From Camelus ferus (lineage: Eukaryota): a stretch of DNA of 64,000 nt. Positions 48,936 through 62,700 of the stretch are shown in pieces. The stretch's first letter is position 1, and the number at the start of each line of letters is the position of its first letter. The DNA lies in contig NC_045696.1 in the NCBI RefSeq assembly GCF_009834535.1, positions 99,202,001 through 99,266,000 on the forward strand, in the 5' to 3' direction. The notes beneath the pieces are model-generated. The model was not told the DNA's origin and searched no databases. It saw only the letters and a program-made list of their open reading frames with translations. A program made the translations under genes and the position numbers.

Positions 48936-51730
48936 ATGTCCACCGCGTTGCTCGCAAGGTAATCTCGCCCGGAGCAGCTGAGCGCCCGCATCTCGCGCCT
49001 GCGACATCAAAGGGCCCGCGCACAAAGCAATGTTTCTTCGCCACGGTGCATCTTCATGGTAAGTTAGGATTTCTATGGCAATGGGCAAGTCGCACTGAAA
49101 TCCTGAAAGGCCGAGCCTGGAGCCCGTCCAGGCTTTTCATTAAGGACATAATATTTACGTCTAACAGGCCTTTTTTCTTGTGTATACAAGTATATATTTT
49201 TGTTTGACGCGGACTAAATCATTTTCATTTAATTTCCGGTAAACAAAACCCACGCGAATGGGCACTTGTTCCCGATCATAATAAAAATGGATAATAATGT
49301 GAGGGAAGAAAAGGGCCGCTTGAATCGCCGCTCAGCCCCTTTTGTTTCTGCTTTCTGCGGTGATCAGAGGGCGCATTTGGGTTTGATGGCGAGTTTCTAA
49401 AGCCGAGGAAATGGTTTGTAAGAGGGGAAAGAAAAGGAGAAAGGTCTAATCAAGCTCGGGTTGTTCAAAGAGTCGGGTTTTGGGGTTGAAAGTGTGAGTT
49501 TGACGGTGCATCAGCATGCCGCGTTAGGCTCGCCATGGAAATGCGCGCAGGGAGCGGCCGCTTCAAAGGCGGCACACTTCACTGCAGACACTCTATTAAG
49601 ATACATTTGCGTTGACCTTTGCTTTCACGCCATTTAATACTGTCACTGCGCTCTCCAGTATGTACTTCCTCCTGAGGACCTTCCTCGCCAGCGTTTAGGG
49701 GTTCACCTTGCACTCTGATGGGGGGGCGCTTTGGCGCCAGGGACGCTTTCGGGAAAGGGAGGAGCCGGACTCCGTGCATCTTGACTGCGCCCCAAAGAGG
49801 CTCCAGGGTCAGAAGTAAATAACTTTAGGGCAAGCTCAGAGGCTTAACAAATGAGCATCCCCAGCTCCGTTTGTGCCCGGAGCCTCTCTACATCTCGAGC
49901 AGGGTGGAGGCCTGAATTTGAATGGGACTTGGAGGAAGGAGAGGAGACGCCCTGGATAAGTCTAAAGAGTTCAGTGCCTTTGGGACACTTGCACTCTGGC
50001 CCCCAGCACAGCCCATTCTGCCCCTCTATCCCAGAAGTTTCTTACAACCCCTCCCCCAACTTGATTCTCCCCAGGGTAGGGTGTATGGTACCCCTCCAGC
50101 CTGGTCTGGCCTTGGGCACTGGCTGAAGAGCCCAAGGCCAAGGGGATAGGGAAGATGGCAGGAAAGTTAGAAGTCCATGTTCCCTTAATTGTCTTGTTGT
50201 TTATTTTATCCAAGTACCCCAGTGAATAGGGGAAAAATAAACAAGGTAGAAAAAAAATCAAACAGTGGAGTCTTCTTTAGTGCCAGTCCTTGTGGTTGAA
50301 TAAAAAGGATGGTCTGCTTTCTATTGAGCTGAGAAATCTTTGAAGTGGGAGTTATTATCTGAGACATTCCTGCTTGTCGTCCTAACAACGCTGATGAAAT
50401 GTAAAAGGTTCTTTGTCAGCGATTTGTTCTCCTCTCTGTCAAATTCCCTCTGCCCCGTTAGTTTCAAACCGTTTCTAAAGAGATAAAATCAAACTTCTTT
50501 TAAAAAAAAAATACACGCACACTACACTAACTAGTAACTTAGGGCTAAGTCCTGCAATGAGAAAAACAAAAGCAATGCAGAGACATCAGGCCCAGGGCCT
50601 GTGGAGGTGTGCAGACATTGAGGGGCCCTTTGCACAGGACATGGGACATGGGAGAAAGAATTCAGAGACAGTGCAGGCAGAGGGGATGTACCCTAAGCCC
50701 ACACTGTGTGTCTGCTTCTCTCTGCACTGGTCTGCACTCAGTCAGTCCAAGTCACGTCACCTGGATGAACCTCCTTGGGGGAATCCCTCAAGCTCCCAAT
50801 ATTCTTACTCCAGATCCTTGGAACAGAAGGCTGAAGCCAAGCAATTGTTAATATTTCCTGATCCTTCAAAGACAATCTCTGCTAAAAATAGACCCATTGT
50901 AGTGTTTTCTTCTCGCTAGTAGCAATCAGCAAGCCCTTTCTGCCGTTAATAGAAGGAGAGTGGCTTGAGGGAGAGAGATGTTTTTATAATTTCCTGTTTT
51001 CTTCAGAATCTTGGCAATTGGAGTTCAGAAGATCCACGACCCCAAAGTGCATGCAAACGCCCCCCTCCCCATCCACATGTGCAGTTCTTCATTTCATATT
51101 GTGTCCAGGAAAGAAACTTTCACCCTGTCCAGCTTTCCCCAAACCTTCTGATGTGGTTTTGAAGGTGGTTTAAATAAACAAGGATGTAGCAGCCTCCCCA
51201 TCCCGTTTGTGCTGACTAAATGATTTGTAAAGAAGTTTCCTCAAGCTGTAACCCATGCTGTTATTATAGTTGCTACAAAATGTTGTCTCTTATATTGATT
51301 TTTATTTGTTTACTGGAGGTCCCCATATGTTTGTTTATATCGCTAATTTATGGGAAAATGTAATGATTGCAATGAATGTGAATTATACAGACAGGCAAAT
51401 TTTTGTAATCATAACTCACACATGTAAGAAAGCCTGACTGAAACCTTAGAGTATTTGGTACCCTCTCTACCCACACAGTTTGTGATTTATCATCTGTCCC
51501 CTTAGCATCCTTAAATTATGAACTACCTTGAAAGGAAAAAAAAGTTGTTACGTATTTGACTAAAGGTGATTGTTGAATGAAAACATAGTCGAAAGCTGTG
51601 GTTTAATCTTGCTGTAAATATGTAAAAATGAATTAAAATCTGTGATTCTTTTTCCCTCCAAAGACTTTTGTGCACATGAAGCTCCATTTTGCTATTTTGT
51701 TTGGAAATAAATAATGTGATGTTCCCCTCC
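48936..51730 (+). other. ZIC4: ZIC4 last exon: A of the split TGA stop plus ~2.8 kb 3' UTR
   Basis: Branch-like CTAAT at 48901; acceptor tttgcttgttacag|A completes TG|A. AATAAA at 51706-51711, ATTAAA at 51632, Pumilio-type TGTAAATA at 51613. Confidence 0.8.
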
Positions 51731-53569
51731 CTCTTTTGAATCTGAGTGTCCAGTTACTGCTTTCTCATCCTGAGAGAGACTTGGGGCCCTCGCACAGCAT
51801 CCCACCCTCTTCCCTGCCTTCCCTCATGGCTTCGCAAAAACAGCTCTGCAGCCTAGTTGTTCAGGGCAGCAGAAGGGAAGACCCACCAAAGCAGCCTTCG
51901 TAGAGGAGACTTCCCTTGCTCCTAGTTTCACCACATTGACACTGGCACTCATGGACAGGTTTCCATTACGGAAGGGAAAAAGGTAAACGATGCTCAGTGT
52001 CTCCGAGGAAAGACTGCCTTCTGCGGCTCTGGCACCAAACACAAACCACCTTTGACTTCCCAAAGAAAAGCCTAGTAGCTGGTGGGAATAAAACAAAGAA
52101 AAGTGGTGGGGACGGGGCAGGCTGGCTCCAAGCCCTCCGTAAGTCCTGATGGGGTACATCGGGCACAGTTGCCCTCAGGAGTCTTACTAGATGGATGCCA
52201 CTCCCTCTGGGAGTGGCGGCTGCTCAGACCTCTGGACTCCCTTCAAAGAGCTGCGAAGAGCCAAGCCCTAAGGCTGTGTGGCCACAGCCCACAGGACTCT
52301 TTTCTGAATCCCAATGGGGATTTTCAGTGGGTTTTAGCATCTGATGCATAAGCTGTCTTATCTGTCCTTGCCACTGGAGAAATTTTTCCAGGTATATCAG
52401 AACAACCTGAACCACCAGAGACTTCCTCCTACCTGGTCCGCGGTCACCGAGCCTCTGTGCACCCGTAGGCCCTCCTCCTCTGCTCCTACTGCACAGGCTC
52501 CACGTCCACCTTGTCCCTTCCCGACCAGGGAGAGGGTGGGTGCTGCTGGCCTGGTTGAGGCTTTGGGATGCAATGAGCGGGAGGACGACGGCTCTTGGGG
52601 CCTGAATACTAGATTCCCTTCAAGAGCACCTAGGAGAATCAGCTTGTAGGGCAAGGGCAGCAGACTTGAGGAGAAGGCGCGCAAGGCTCCAGGGCGACTT
52701 GTGGGTGTGAAAAGAGCGGCCCCGAGGGGACGGCCACTGGAACTGCCAAGATAGGTTAGAGTCGTGGGCTGCGCGAGATGGAGGGGGTCCCCCGCCGGTA
52801 GTTCTGGGATGAGCGCCCTCTCCCGTCCTTCTCGCGGAAGGCGCCCCTCAACCCACTGCGGCTCCAGGGACGAGGTAGAGGGACCTCTCCTGCTGCTCGG
52901 GTCTCCCCACCACGACGCCTGTGGGACAGGCCACTCAATAAAGCCCTTTCACCTACGGAATCGTTGTGGTGGGAGCAACCGAAGATGAGAAGGACCCCGA
53001 GCACCCCTGGCCAGAGTCGCCTGGTCCTGCTGCCTGAGCCCTGCATCTGCTCGAGAAGACTTCGGCCCCTCCAGCTTCGCCTCCCCATCCCACCTGGGAC
53101 TGCGCGGCGCCTCAGCACAACCATTCCCGGGGGCCCAGAGGGGAGTGTGAGGAGGGACGCGGGTGTCGGAGGAAAGGCCTGCCTTTCAATCTCTCATGTC
53201 CGAGTTGGGACCAAGGGAGTAGGAAGAGAGGACCTGGGAAGTGAGCTGGTTCACCTGCACTCCTCTGCCCCGAAGAGTGCTTAGGCCTCCTTGGTTAAGT
53301 TGTTTTTGGCAGAAAGTTGAATGATACGACCTTTGGCAGGAGGGTGAAGTCACTGGTGCCCAAGTGCCCATGACTAGCTCATCCTACAGGGAAACTTCAC
53401 ATGTCCTTTGGGGAAGTTACTCACGTCCCAGCCCGCAGTGGCAGCGCTGAGGGCAGTTGCGTTGCGGGGGGTGGGTGGGTGGGGGTGGGGAATATGCATT
53501 TTAGCCTGCCAAGGATTTCCAAGGTCCTCTCCTCTTCGTTACTTTAAATAAGAGCACCAGGTAGAAAGT

Positions 53570-53790
53570 GCTGCGCAGTGGGAAGTTTGGCTAGGCTTGT
53601 CCCCCTGTGGCCCTGTGGCCCTGGATAAGGGATGAAACCTCCCTGTGCTTCAGTTTCCTCATCTGCTAAAAGAGAATGTCATAGAAGCGTCTTCACAAGT
53701 TTGTCTTGAGTGGTAAATAAGATAATCCTTGAAACATTCAGAATTCACATCGTAGGTGCTTGTTGTTAGTGTTGCTATTATTATTATTAC
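53570..53790 (+). mobile_element. MIR SINE
   Basis: ctgtggccctggataag...aacctccctgtgcttcagtttcctcatctgctaaaa...gctattattattatt. Confidence 0.75.
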
Positions 53791-56700
53791 TTACAAGTCT
53801 CCATCTTTCAGACTTGTCCCCTAGCTCCTCCCTGAATCAGATCTCCAGATCTTTCTAGAAAGTGTGGCACCAACAGGGGCTGCAGACTCCAATCAGGGTG
53901 TGCCTCTCCAGGCCCCCTCCCAGGCTAGTTGAGGGCCCTGAAACCACTGGAGAGTTCCAGATGCCGGTGCAGCCCGGCACTGAGGCAGAAACACTTATTT
54001 TCAAAAGTTCCAAGAAAAATTAGAGGGAATTGAATTTATTTTGGTGTGGAATGAAGCAGGAGAAACCCGATCATTTTAATGTCACCCCCATGACATTAAG
54101 ACACTGGCACGATACTGGCACAACAGCAAACTTGATGGCTTGGCCAGCCCAGAAGTTGATTTATTTTTACCATAAGCCTCTGTGGTTACTCTAAGTCTGG
54201 TGTGGGACTTTTCAAGACCCTGGTGTGAAAGGCAGGAACATCCAAATGAGAGGCCAGGGTGGGCAACCAAGGACAGAGTGGTATGGGGCAAAAGTCACAC
54301 AAAAGCACATTCTTTTATGAAAGCATCAGAAACTTTTCTTATAATCATAGCTTTTTCATAATGAATCCTCGTTCTGGGAAAATTAACAATATCTTGGTTA
54401 CCAAGTGACTGAGAATCCCACAATTGCATGTTCCACTTGTCACCAACTTCCTGTCTGGGCATCAGAACAGCATTGCCTTTTTAGCCAAATATTTTCTTCC
54501 ATGAGGAAATGCCTGAAAGTTTTCTAGGAACACTGTCAAATTCAGACCCCAAAATCATTAAAAAAAAAAAAAAAAAAAAGGAACTCAGTAGACCATTAGG
54601 AGTGGTCTTGGCATTTGTCTCTGTATCTTTCATTGGCTTTGCAAACATCCAAACCAGCTATGTAGGGGGAAAAAAGGATAAAGAAAAAAAAATTACTTCA
54701 GATGCAAGTTGGTAAAATGTAAATATGACCAGGGGGATGAACTTGAAACTTGTCTTGCATTTTTGGCTTCTTTAGATTTAGTATAGACTCCGTATGAGCC
54801 AACATGCTGGGCAAGAATATTGATCAATTCAAAACAAGTCAAGCAGGGCTGTGTCTCATTCTGAACCTCATAACAAATGGGCAGCCTTGGGAAATGTCTG
54901 CAGAGAAAAGAAACCAAAATTAGGTAAATTTCTATGGTTTTGGCTGTATCACGTGGTTGTAGAATAATGGTGAAAAGAAGGGGTGGGGGCGGAAACCACC
55001 AATAGTATTATCAGATGATTTATACAGAACATCTGAAGGATGATCCAGTTTTTTCTTGTCTGTGGTCTGACCCACGCAAGACCAGATTAGCCAGATGAGG
55101 AGAATGTTCTTTGCCAGAACAGGGGAGAAACTGCAGACAGCTCAAGGTCCTTGGCTTGTGCTACTGAGAGGTCTTGCTCTGGGTAATGGAGGCATCTAGA
55201 TTTTGAGCTTATTCATGTATTCATTAAGTATTTAAAAAAAATACACTCAGCATCTTAGTGAAAAGTGTTTTGCTTGAAATGTGCATATTTCTAAGTCATG
55301 AAAAATAGGCATCTGAGCCCCAAAGATGTGCTTATTTATTTCCTCCAAGAGAAATTAGAAAAGTTGCCTGATGCATATATGCAGTTCTTAATCACACTGC
55401 AGCCACTTTCTCCTGAGAAAACATGTTTCAAATCTGTCATAGAAATTTCTCCTCCACTTTCTTCCACTGCCTTTACTCAGCAAAGAATCCACAGTCAAAT
55501 GCTTTCTATCTTTCAAAAAACTTGCCAACTTTCTTACAAAAAAAAAAAAAACTGTTGTGGAAAAACAGAGCTTCCTTTAAGTGTGAAATATCATTTCATT
55601 GTAAAAAGTTTAAAAAAAAAAAAAGGAGCGGTAATCCAACTTCCGGATACTGTTCTGAATTATTTCACCAGACCCTTTTAAAAGGGGATTAGTGGGGCTT
55701 TGGGAGCAAAATCCTTCTGTTTTATTCAATCTCTGATTTTATGTTATAATTACTGCTTGTAAAGGCTCGGAAATTAGTATGCAGGCACCGTCAGGACACG
55801 ATGCAGGTGCCATTCTAATGGTTCAGCTTTTTAATTAAGAAAAGAGGTAAGAAAATCGAATCATAAAAACACTTTTGTGAGAGCTGAGCTCATTGCAGCA
55901 ACTGCATGAATAAAGCCTTTATACCTTCCCCTGACAGGTCAGCTACCAAGGCGCTGACTTACGACCTTTTCAGGGCCAGACAATAGTTAACAGCTTTCTC
56001 ACCTAGTCCCCACCGAACCTTTTCTTCTAGTACAGATTTTATGGAAATTGCCTTAAGTAGCTTGACGCCTACAAAAGATATCGCAGTTAGAATAGATACA
56101 TATCCATATTGAAATGGCTATTCTTAGGTCCTAGCCACAGACCTCTTGTTCTCTAGATCACTTGTCATGGGTGGGGGAGGGGGAGCCTGGGAGGCTCAGA
56201 TACAATGATGTACGGGGAATAGACTCTGCTCTAAAATACCCACACAAGGGGAAGCAGGACCAAGGCCAAGGTGGACTCCCTCCCCTCCATCTCTGGGGAA
56301 ATAAAACAGGGAAAGTGCAGAGAAAGCGATGCAGGGGCTACAAATAGTTCTGGATTTCTCTTAAATGGGTTCTTCTTGAAGGAAGAGATTTGGCTGGAAC
56401 ACTGCGGCCTTCTTGGAGGCAGCCCAGATCAGTGGGTGTACCTTAGAACTTCCTCAGTTCCTTCAGCATCACCTCTGAATAAAATTGTGCTTGCCCATAA
56501 TATTTCAAGACATCTCCCTCAGCTCTCCCACAGTTCTCCCACCCAAGCAAGTATCACTCTTGAGATACTCCACCACTGGGCCTCAGGCTCTGGAGCCTCA
56601 GGATTCTTGGGTCCCCCAAGGTTGTGCCAACACTGGGAGCCCAGATCTACACTCTCGGGGAAGCTTGCTCTCTGTCTTCTTCAGACCCCTGTAAAACTTC

Positions 56701-59700
56701 TACCCATCACCTTTTCTTCCAGAACCCGGGCAGGGTGTGTGATTGGAAACCTGGTCCAAGGCCAGCAACCCAGGCCTTGTCCTTCCTTGAGGAGGCCAGG
56801 GCGCGCTTGGGCCCAGAGGAGAACAATGCGAGTATTAGGATATCAGCCGCCCTCGCAATGATCACGCGTTCAACGATTTTGTTTTCACGGCTGAGGGGAC
56901 TTTTTTTCCAATGGAAATCAAGCGCTTTAGTTATTAAGGCCGAACACTAATCTCCAACAACCTTGACATAATGTGGCCGGGCGCGCTGGCCCACTTCGCA
57001 CCTGCAGTCTGAATAGCGCGCCTTGTCAATGGGGGACACGCTTGTTGCCCCGGCTTGCAAAGGAGGGGAGTGAATAAGTCAAGCTTTGTGAATGCCCATG
57101 CGTGCTCTCCTTCCCGCCTTTGATCACGGAAAATGTCTTCTAATTTGTCCCTTTTTCATTGTAACAACGTTTTCAAGGCCCTTTCTATTTTTCCAAACCA
57201 CATTTTTATAAAGAACATAAATCGCCCCCCGAAAACAAAAGGGGCGCGCCCTGGCCAACCGGCGCAATCACGCTTCAGTGTTTCGTGGCTCTGCAAAGTT
57301 TGTTGCGTCTTGAAGCTGCCCTCACTGCAAACGCTGGGCTGGAAGGCCCCAGTCATCTAGGGCTCCAGATCGGGGCTTCTGGCAAGAGGGTGGTAACGGG
57401 CTGTGGGAGGGGAAGGGGGGAAGGGGGGAAGGTAGAGGGGACTGACTCTCTTTGAGGGGAAGGGAGATGACCCTGGCCTGGGGTAGGTGATCAGAAGAGC
57501 CATGGGGCTAAGATTCAGATGGTGGGGACCCAGAGGCAGATGTGTCCCTCAGGGATGTTATGTCACTTCCTGGCCTCTCCTGAACTCAGTGGGCAGTTCC
57601 CAGAAGTGGGTATGGGTGATCCACCTTTTCCTGCACAAGGCAGATCCAATGGCTCTCTCCCCTCCAACCACAGCGTTTCACAACCAATTTCCTCTTCTGT
57701 TCCTACTTCCACAGTGGTCCTGCATCCTCCACAGAGCCTGGGAAATTGGGGAGTATCTGGAAAGATTTCCTGCCCAACGACTATTCCCCAGATCTTCTGT
57801 GGGAAGCCAGAGCATCTTAAGAAACCTTCTTTCCCATAAAAATCTTACAAGAAAACTTAAAAGTAGTGCCATTTTATTCCCCGGGCCAAGAAGCAAACTC
57901 TTTGCCAAACATGACTTTTATTTGGGATTGCAATTCACTAAGTCTCTCTCCTTGAACCCACAGGCATTAATGACATTACTGTCTCATTTGGTGGGATATT
58001 AATTATCAAGTGGCAAATTAACGAGCAATCCCTGCTCCTCCTCCCTCACCCCTACTCCCAACATTGATTAAGTTTGCATTTCCAAACGTTTTGGGGAACC
58101 TCCAAGCTAGGAACACTTTTATCCTAGAGTTTTCACTTTCCCTCCTCTCCTAGAAGATCCAATAATTTTTCTAAAATAGAGACAGGCCACGACTTCTTTT
58201 TTTCTTTCCCTTCCCATTAGTTACTACTTTAGTGCAGGCTCTGGGTAAGAAAACTAACATAACCCACTAATACAGTTTAAAACACTTTGATGTCTTGCCA
58301 AGAAACACACTTCCTTCAAGAGACAAGTCAACATTTGTTTTTCACATTAAATGGCGTTTAGTTGCCAGTGGAAAAAAAAATTATTCTAAGGACCACTTTT
58401 TAATTCGATGGATAACAACCGCAGGGGTCTGAAAGAAAATAACGACGACAGCTATAGACACAAATAACTAAATTACCAAAACGTTAGTGTATCTCCCAGC
58501 TTCATTAATATGTAACAGACTCCCCAGTTAATCTCCAAAAGCTAGTGTTCCCCCTGTAAAATAGCACTCTGGGACGAATTGTACACGAGATCAATCACTG
58601 CTAATGCAGGAAGGTTTACTGCAGGAAAGGAAAAAAAAAAGCTATTTACACCTTCAAATAGAAGCTTTTCAGATTTAAGAGCAAGAGCCATACATCACCA
58701 AGAATAAATGATTATGAATTGGTAAACGCGCCCTCCAGCGATTAGCTATTCGATGCTATTTATCATTTCTTGGGTGATGGTGGTGGAGGTTTTTTTCCCT
58801 TCTTCTCCTTTGCCTTATTTTTAAAATTATCCGACTGTTTGGAAAGAAAAGCCTGACAAGCAGAGAAGAAGTGGGGGGAAAAAACACCGCGGGAAAGTTT
58901 GTTTCTGCATATACTCTAAGTCATCAAAACATGGCCGTGCAGATATAAACGGGGTCATGGATGGAGCGCTTCACAGGAAACAATGCAGCCCTTTCATTGT
59001 TTCATTTGTTATTAGGAGATTGCTTGCCCATTGAAGCTGACACATGAGCAGGTATTATTTTTTTTCCTCTGGCCCCCTCTATTTATTGATCCCCTCCCTT
59101 ATTATATCCCCCCTCCCAATCTGGTCCACCAATTCAAGTTCACCATCAGTGCAATTCATTGTTTATTTATTTATTTATTTAGGAACTTTTCTTTGTGCGC
59201 GCGCGCGCAAGGCGCTGCGTGTCTGCGCTGGCGCCCGTGTGCGTGGCAGTGTGCCCGCGCAAGACCACCTCACGGAGACCAGCCCAGCCACAGTCGTCCA
59301 GGGAAACCGTGCTCCTGCCAAGGCATGGGGTCAGGGACTCCTGGGGACCCCGGTTGCTGTTTGCAACACAAAAGCATATGCAGCCCCTAAACATTCCAAG
59401 AGAGACAAAGGCTGGAACCGAGGACTGACTTCACCCTGCTTAAAACGAACTCAAAGCCCACTTCCCTGGCCCGGTTCAGCTCTAGAGGCGAGGAGGAGTT
59501 GCAGAGATCCGGCTAGGGCCAGGGGCTAATAGTCTTAGGCTCCAGCCTTGGCAGAGTTAGGGATGGGGTGGGGGGTGCGATCCCTGGTGTTAAAATGAGA
59601 ACCCGCTCTCAAGCAGGGTAGAAGGATGAAAGCGTGAGGGATCGGTCCCGAAGCTAAAGCCTGCTGAGCCGCAGGTCTGTCCGCCAGCCAGCAGTGTCAA

Positions 59701-62700
59701 TCTGAGAGATGTTTGGCAGGAGAATGGCCTCGCTAGCTTCTCCTGAAGGTGGAAGGAACGTCAAGCCCTGGGATCAGTATAGCAGGGGGCGTGGCAGAGC
59801 AGAAGTTCCTGGGCAGAGAGTTCGCGAGTTCAGGTCACTAGACCCGGAACTTGCCTGTCCACTGCTCTCAAGAGAAGTGGCCATGTTCAGCGGTGGCCCA
59901 CGTTTGGGAACTGGACAGGACTCTATGCGCACCCTTTAAGGGCTCCAATGCCTGTGCATCCACTTGGGGTGTTAGATGGAGGGCGGGGAGTTTGGAGGCC
60001 ACTTATTGCGGGCTGCTAGGTCCCTCAACTTACTTAACTTTAAGACTCGAGCACAATTACATGTTTCCGAAGTGCCCCACAAATCCGGATTTGAGTTGTG
60101 TTAAGGTCTTCTTCTTCTTCTTCTTTTTTTTTTTTTTAAGGTTTGAGAGATTTAATACAGCTGGGAGGGAAATTGTGGTTGTAAGTCTGTCATAGCAAGT
60201 AAGGTAACACTCCCTAAGGGATCTTTCAAGCAAACGAACAATAGGCCTTGCAGATAGTCTCAAGGTGGTGGAATAAACTCAGGGCATGCCCCCCACAGGC
60301 AGGAAAAGGGCCCATTTCAGGCTTGCTTTTATGATTGACTTTTAAAGCTAAAACATTTGCAAAGCATTGTACCTATAAATACAAAAGGAAGATCACCCCT
60401 TGCGCCCCCCCCCCCAAAAAGTTGGTAAGAATAGTCAGAGGCTGAATCTAAAGTATCTGATCCTGCACTCCCGGGTTTAAAACATATCATGGAGTTATTG
60501 TAAAATAAATTAATGTGTGGGGAGTGGAAGCAGAAATGAAACATTTCTCATTTTTATTTCCTGTTCTATTATGAAAACTTTTCTCCTCCTTTCCCCGATA
60601 GAATCCTCTCCCATTTGGATAACTCATGACAGGCTGCTGTAGAAAATCTGCTTGAAGAATCAGTTCAGAAAGTACTGACCTTCAGGGAATGGATTTCTCT
60701 TTACTTTTCAAAGCTGGCACAGTCCTGTGCTTTAGAAAAGAGAAATGGAGCAAAGGAATGAGCTCAGAAGTTTGAAAGAGGAAACATACAACATTCCTCT
60801 TATATCTCTCTCCCCCAAAGCCTCTAATAATTTGCACCTAATCTAGGAAGGAAAAAAAAATTGTTGATAATAAACCCTGTGAAATAACCAAATTGTCATC
60901 ATAAAGATTTAATTTTGCAACTCCAGGAAAGATATTATTCATTGGCTTTCTATTGTTCTTCGAGATTTTAGTCTTAATTTTAAATTTTAATGCTATTATT
61001 TTCTTCTGTACAATCCATTTTTGAAATAAAGGATTCTCTTTATGATATGTTTTCAATAGTGAAATTCTCTAAAGGTCTATAATATTATTATTTATCTGAA
61101 TTTTGTAGCTCTGAGGGCTGTATACACGATGTAATTGCTTGAACATGTTTTCATAAATTACATTCAGAAATGTGTCATAGTAAATTACCTTTGTAATAAA
61201 ATGTAAAAAATGCAAATGGCTGTTGTCTTTATTACGTTTTAAACCATTGGTTTATCTGCACTATTTCACTTGTCACTTGCGCAATATGTTGGCTAAAGGG
61301 GCGGCACAGTTTGATAACAGAGAACTGGGTCCTGTGTGTAATCTTGCAGGCACGTACAGTTTGGGTCATTTCCTCATCTCCCGCAGAAAAGACATTATCC
61401 GGCTCATATTTACATACTTTTCAATATTTGTCAAACAATCATAAATTATAAATTAATGAAATGTTTGACAGTCTTCAGAGATCAGACTAATGACGACATT
61501 TACCTTTTTGGTGATTTTGAGTCTCATCTTTGTAAGTTTAATGACATTTCGTTGCTCATGCTTTATTAGGCTTTATTAGATTTGTCCTTCACTCCCGCTG
61601 TCATTCAGATGTCTCTGCAGAAACATCACCTGCTTCAGGTATAAGAACAAATAGACTTCAACCAAAAAACCTTCAAAATAGGGACTCTGTAACCTTAGTT
61701 TTAAGAGTAAATGTTGAGTTGGTCTAAAGACCACTGGAAATTTTTTACCCTTCTTAAACATTTTAATGAGACTGCTGTAACATTTGTTTCACTAGCAGGC
61801 AGTAATGTGGATATTCAGAAAGATGTATGGCTGAGATAAGCTGTAATTTCAAAGTGATTTATAACAGCACAATTAGGAACAAGGGAGAAGAGCTCTGATC
61901 CTGATTTCATAGGAAATTTTGGAATGTTTTGAAATTTCCTTTGGATTGAGGATGAGCACATGGTTTATAAACTGTCTCTTCTGTCCAAAGGCAGGGGGCT
62001 CATTTTGAACTTGGCCTAAATCTTGACACCATCTCGCCCAGCTTCGGTCCAGAGCAAGCAAAGAACTCCTCTTTTTTAAATGCTATCAGCCATTGGGAAC
62101 TGAATTAACCCTGTGTCCTTAGGGGGAACCCCAGGTATGTGTCTGCACTGTCCACGACAGGAAAGGGATGGTGTAAGCGCCATGTGTCCATGAAGTTGAC
62201 ACATTTCCCTGGAAAATGTTGGCTCCCTGTGCTCTCATTATGATTGATGGCCACGAGGCTTTTTAATAAAATTATAGATGATGAATTTAGTTCAATCCAG
62301 AGAGGTCAAATGATCAGCCTTGACTTAAGATTCAAATAGTAAATCACATGGAACAAATTCACATCGTCCTCATCATCCCCAGTCACCATGGAAGTGAGCT
62401 GGGACTTTGGCTCCATCTTACTCTAAACAAAGGCCAGGAGCCCAGGAAGTCAGAATGTCAATGTCTCTGTCATCAGGTTGGGTAATTTTATTAGCCCTCT
62501 TGTAAATTTTATCAACCCATGTTAGTACACACTACCCTGCTGGGCCACCAGACGCCTTGCTTTCCTTAGCCTTGCCCGTTAGGAACATGTATCCTTTGGG
62601 ACATAGTGGTGTTTGTGGAGCTGAGAAGCAGGTCCTGGAACGAGGAGGTGCTCACAGTCCCTCTGAGTTTCCTAGATTATCTTTAAGTAGGAAAAGGAGA

